A DNA stretch of 24,000 nucleotides from Alteracholeplasma palmae J233 (GTDB taxonomy: Bacteria > Bacillota_I > Bacilli_A > Acholeplasmatales > Acholeplasmataceae): assembly GCF_000968055.1 (NCBI RefSeq), contig NC_022538.1, forward strand, positions 755,499-779,498, written 5' to 3'. The notes under the pieces are model-generated. The model did not search any database and was not told where the DNA came from. It saw nothing but the letters and a program-made list of their open reading frames with translations. Positions 23,039 through 24,000 of the stretch are shown piece by piece. Position 1 is the stretch's first letter, and each line of letters opens with the position of its first letter. The translations under genes were made by a program, and so were the position numbers.

Positions 23039-24000
23039 AAGATCAGGAAATGATGGCACTCAACGTGCTAAAAATAAAAAATATGTGATTAAACGCCTAT
23101 GGCATTATCTTTCTTTTTACCGATTAAAATTATTGACAGGTTTTATTCTAACAATACTTGCTAACTCTTTATCTTTAGTAGGACCTTACTTAATTGGAAA
23201 AATGATTGGGGCCATGGAAAATGGCGTTGAGTTTAGATCAGTTTATATTGTAGGCTGTTTAATGGTTGCTTTTTATGTTATTAGTGCAATACTTAACTAT
23301 TACTTATCAATTGCAATGGCAAAAATTGCTCAAGGAGTCGTTTATAAATTAAGAGAAGATTTATTTAGTAAAATTACAAGAGTCTCTGTTTCTTATTTTG
23401 ACACTCACCTAACAGGTGATATCATTAGTAGAATGAGTTATGACATTGATACTATCAGTACATCATTAGCAAGTGATGTGATGAGCATTATTACAAGTTT
23501 TATTACTTTAATCGTGTCATTTGTTATGATGATGATTATGTCACCTGTATTAGTTTTAGTATTTATACTTACGATTCCTTTAACTTTCTTTGTTACAGGA
23601 AAAATGTCTAAATCAATTAAGAAACGACTCAGATTAAGAAACCAACAATTAGCTTACTTAAATGGCTATACTGAAGAAATGATTACAGCACAAAAAACAA
23701 TACAATCTTATGTGCAAGAAGATAATATATTAGAAAAATTTGATGAAATTAACTTAGAAACTGCCAAAAGAAGTTATCATTCAGGTAAGTTATCTACAAT
23801 AGTTGGACCCACTGTTAACTTTATTAATAACTTATCAGTTGTTTTAGTCACAACTGTTGGCGGTATTTTAAAAGTCTTTGGATATATTGATCTAGCAAGC
23901 CTTTCTAGCTTCATGCTTTATTCTAGAAGATTTTCAGGACCAATTAATCAAATGAGTAATATAGTTGCTGATATCCAAAGTGCGTTAGCTGCTGCTGAAC
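23019..24000 (+). CDS. Second ABC exporter half-transporter (TMD portion; 3' end beyond the window), likely heterodimer partner
   Basis: This gene is not in the ORF track because no stop falls in the window. SD 'aggagg' (23005-23010) lies 8 nt before the ATG at 23019, and the start overlaps the upstream gene by 20 nt. The frame is open to nt 24000. The translation 'MNQQTTRRSG...LWHYLSFYRLKLLTGFILTILANSLSLVGPYLIGKMIG...' is a typical type-I ABC exporter TMD. Confidence 0.8.
   Translation, partial: MNQQTTRRSGNDGTQRAKNKKYVIKRLWHYLSFYRLKLLTGFILTILANSLSLVGPYLIGKMIGAMENGVEFRSVYIVGCLMVAFYVISAILNYYLSIAMAKIAQGVVYKLREDLFSKITRVSVSYFDTHLTGDIISRMSYDIDTISTSLASDVMSIITSFITLIVSFVMMMIMSPVLVLVFILTIPLTFFVTGKMSKSIKKRLRLRNQQLAYLNGYTEEMITAQKTIQSYVQEDNILEKFDEINLETAKRSYHSGKLSTIVGPTVNFINNLSVVLVTTVGGILKVFGYIDLASLSSFMLYSRRFSGPINQMSNIVADIQSALAAAE

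Noticed and set aside
1-24000. Homopolymer tracts (A8/T8, for example near 5690, 6870, 16150, 18410, 18490 and 21340) as phase-variation switches.
   Set aside because: They encode Lys/Phe runs inside ordinary genes, and tracts of 7-8 nt look like normal background for DNA this AT-rich. None sits in a promoter spacer or at the extreme 5' end of a surface gene.
1-24000. CRISPR arrays, rRNA, tRNA and riboswitch-like leaders.
   Set aside because: I saw no regularly spaced direct repeats. No intergenic region has GC-rich cloverleaf or rRNA-like sequence. The intergenic gaps before the transporter and metabolic genes are too short (18-120 nt) and contain only SD, promoter or terminator elements.

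Overview
This is a very AT-rich bacterial chromosome segment that reads cleanly with the standard code. TGA acts as a stop (10236-10238, 20446-20448) and Trp is TGG. The gene content suggests a low-GC Firmicute or a mollicute relative that keeps code 11, such as an Acholeplasma- or Erysipelotrichia-like organism; this is inference only.

I support 19 CDSs, two of them cut by the window edges. I found no rRNA, tRNA or CRISPR.

Housekeeping backbone:
- an Eis-like GNAT acetyltransferase and an APC amino-acid permease
- a lipid-themed trio: a DUF2177-like membrane protein, a DAK2/FakA-DegV fusion and a DUF1295-like membrane enzyme
- a TetR regulator
- uvrC translationally coupled to a KapD-like DEDDh exonuclease
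- an overlapping pair of ABC exporter half-transporters

Three accessory or unusual modules stand out:
1. 2-5093: a co-directional operon. It encodes a cadherin-like surface protein tail, a membrane-anchored degenerate GGDEF/EAL protein, a membrane-anchored McrB-family AAA+ NTPase, and a McrC/DUF2357-like protein that has no visible nuclease motif and ends in a long Lys/Glu coiled coil.
2. 5295-7552: a self-contained two-gene module with its own promoter and terminator. It pairs an ABC/AAA_21-type ATPase with an RloB-like Toprim protein, which is AbiL/PARIS/OLD-like defence architecture.
3. 13394-17434: a tyrosine recombinase next to a 3-kb cassette of two convergent, 3'-overlapping genes. One is a TM-anchored NB-ARC/STAND-like P-loop protein with a TPR-like region; the other is a divergent SHMT-fold PLP enzyme. 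The cassette is bracketed by a perfect 25-bp inverted repeat that contains both genes' Shine-Dalgarno sequences. I consider this the most novel signal. It may be a recombinase-driven expression-swap (shufflon-like) cassette carrying an undescribed two-gene system.

All family assignments come from motif recognition by eye. No searches were run.
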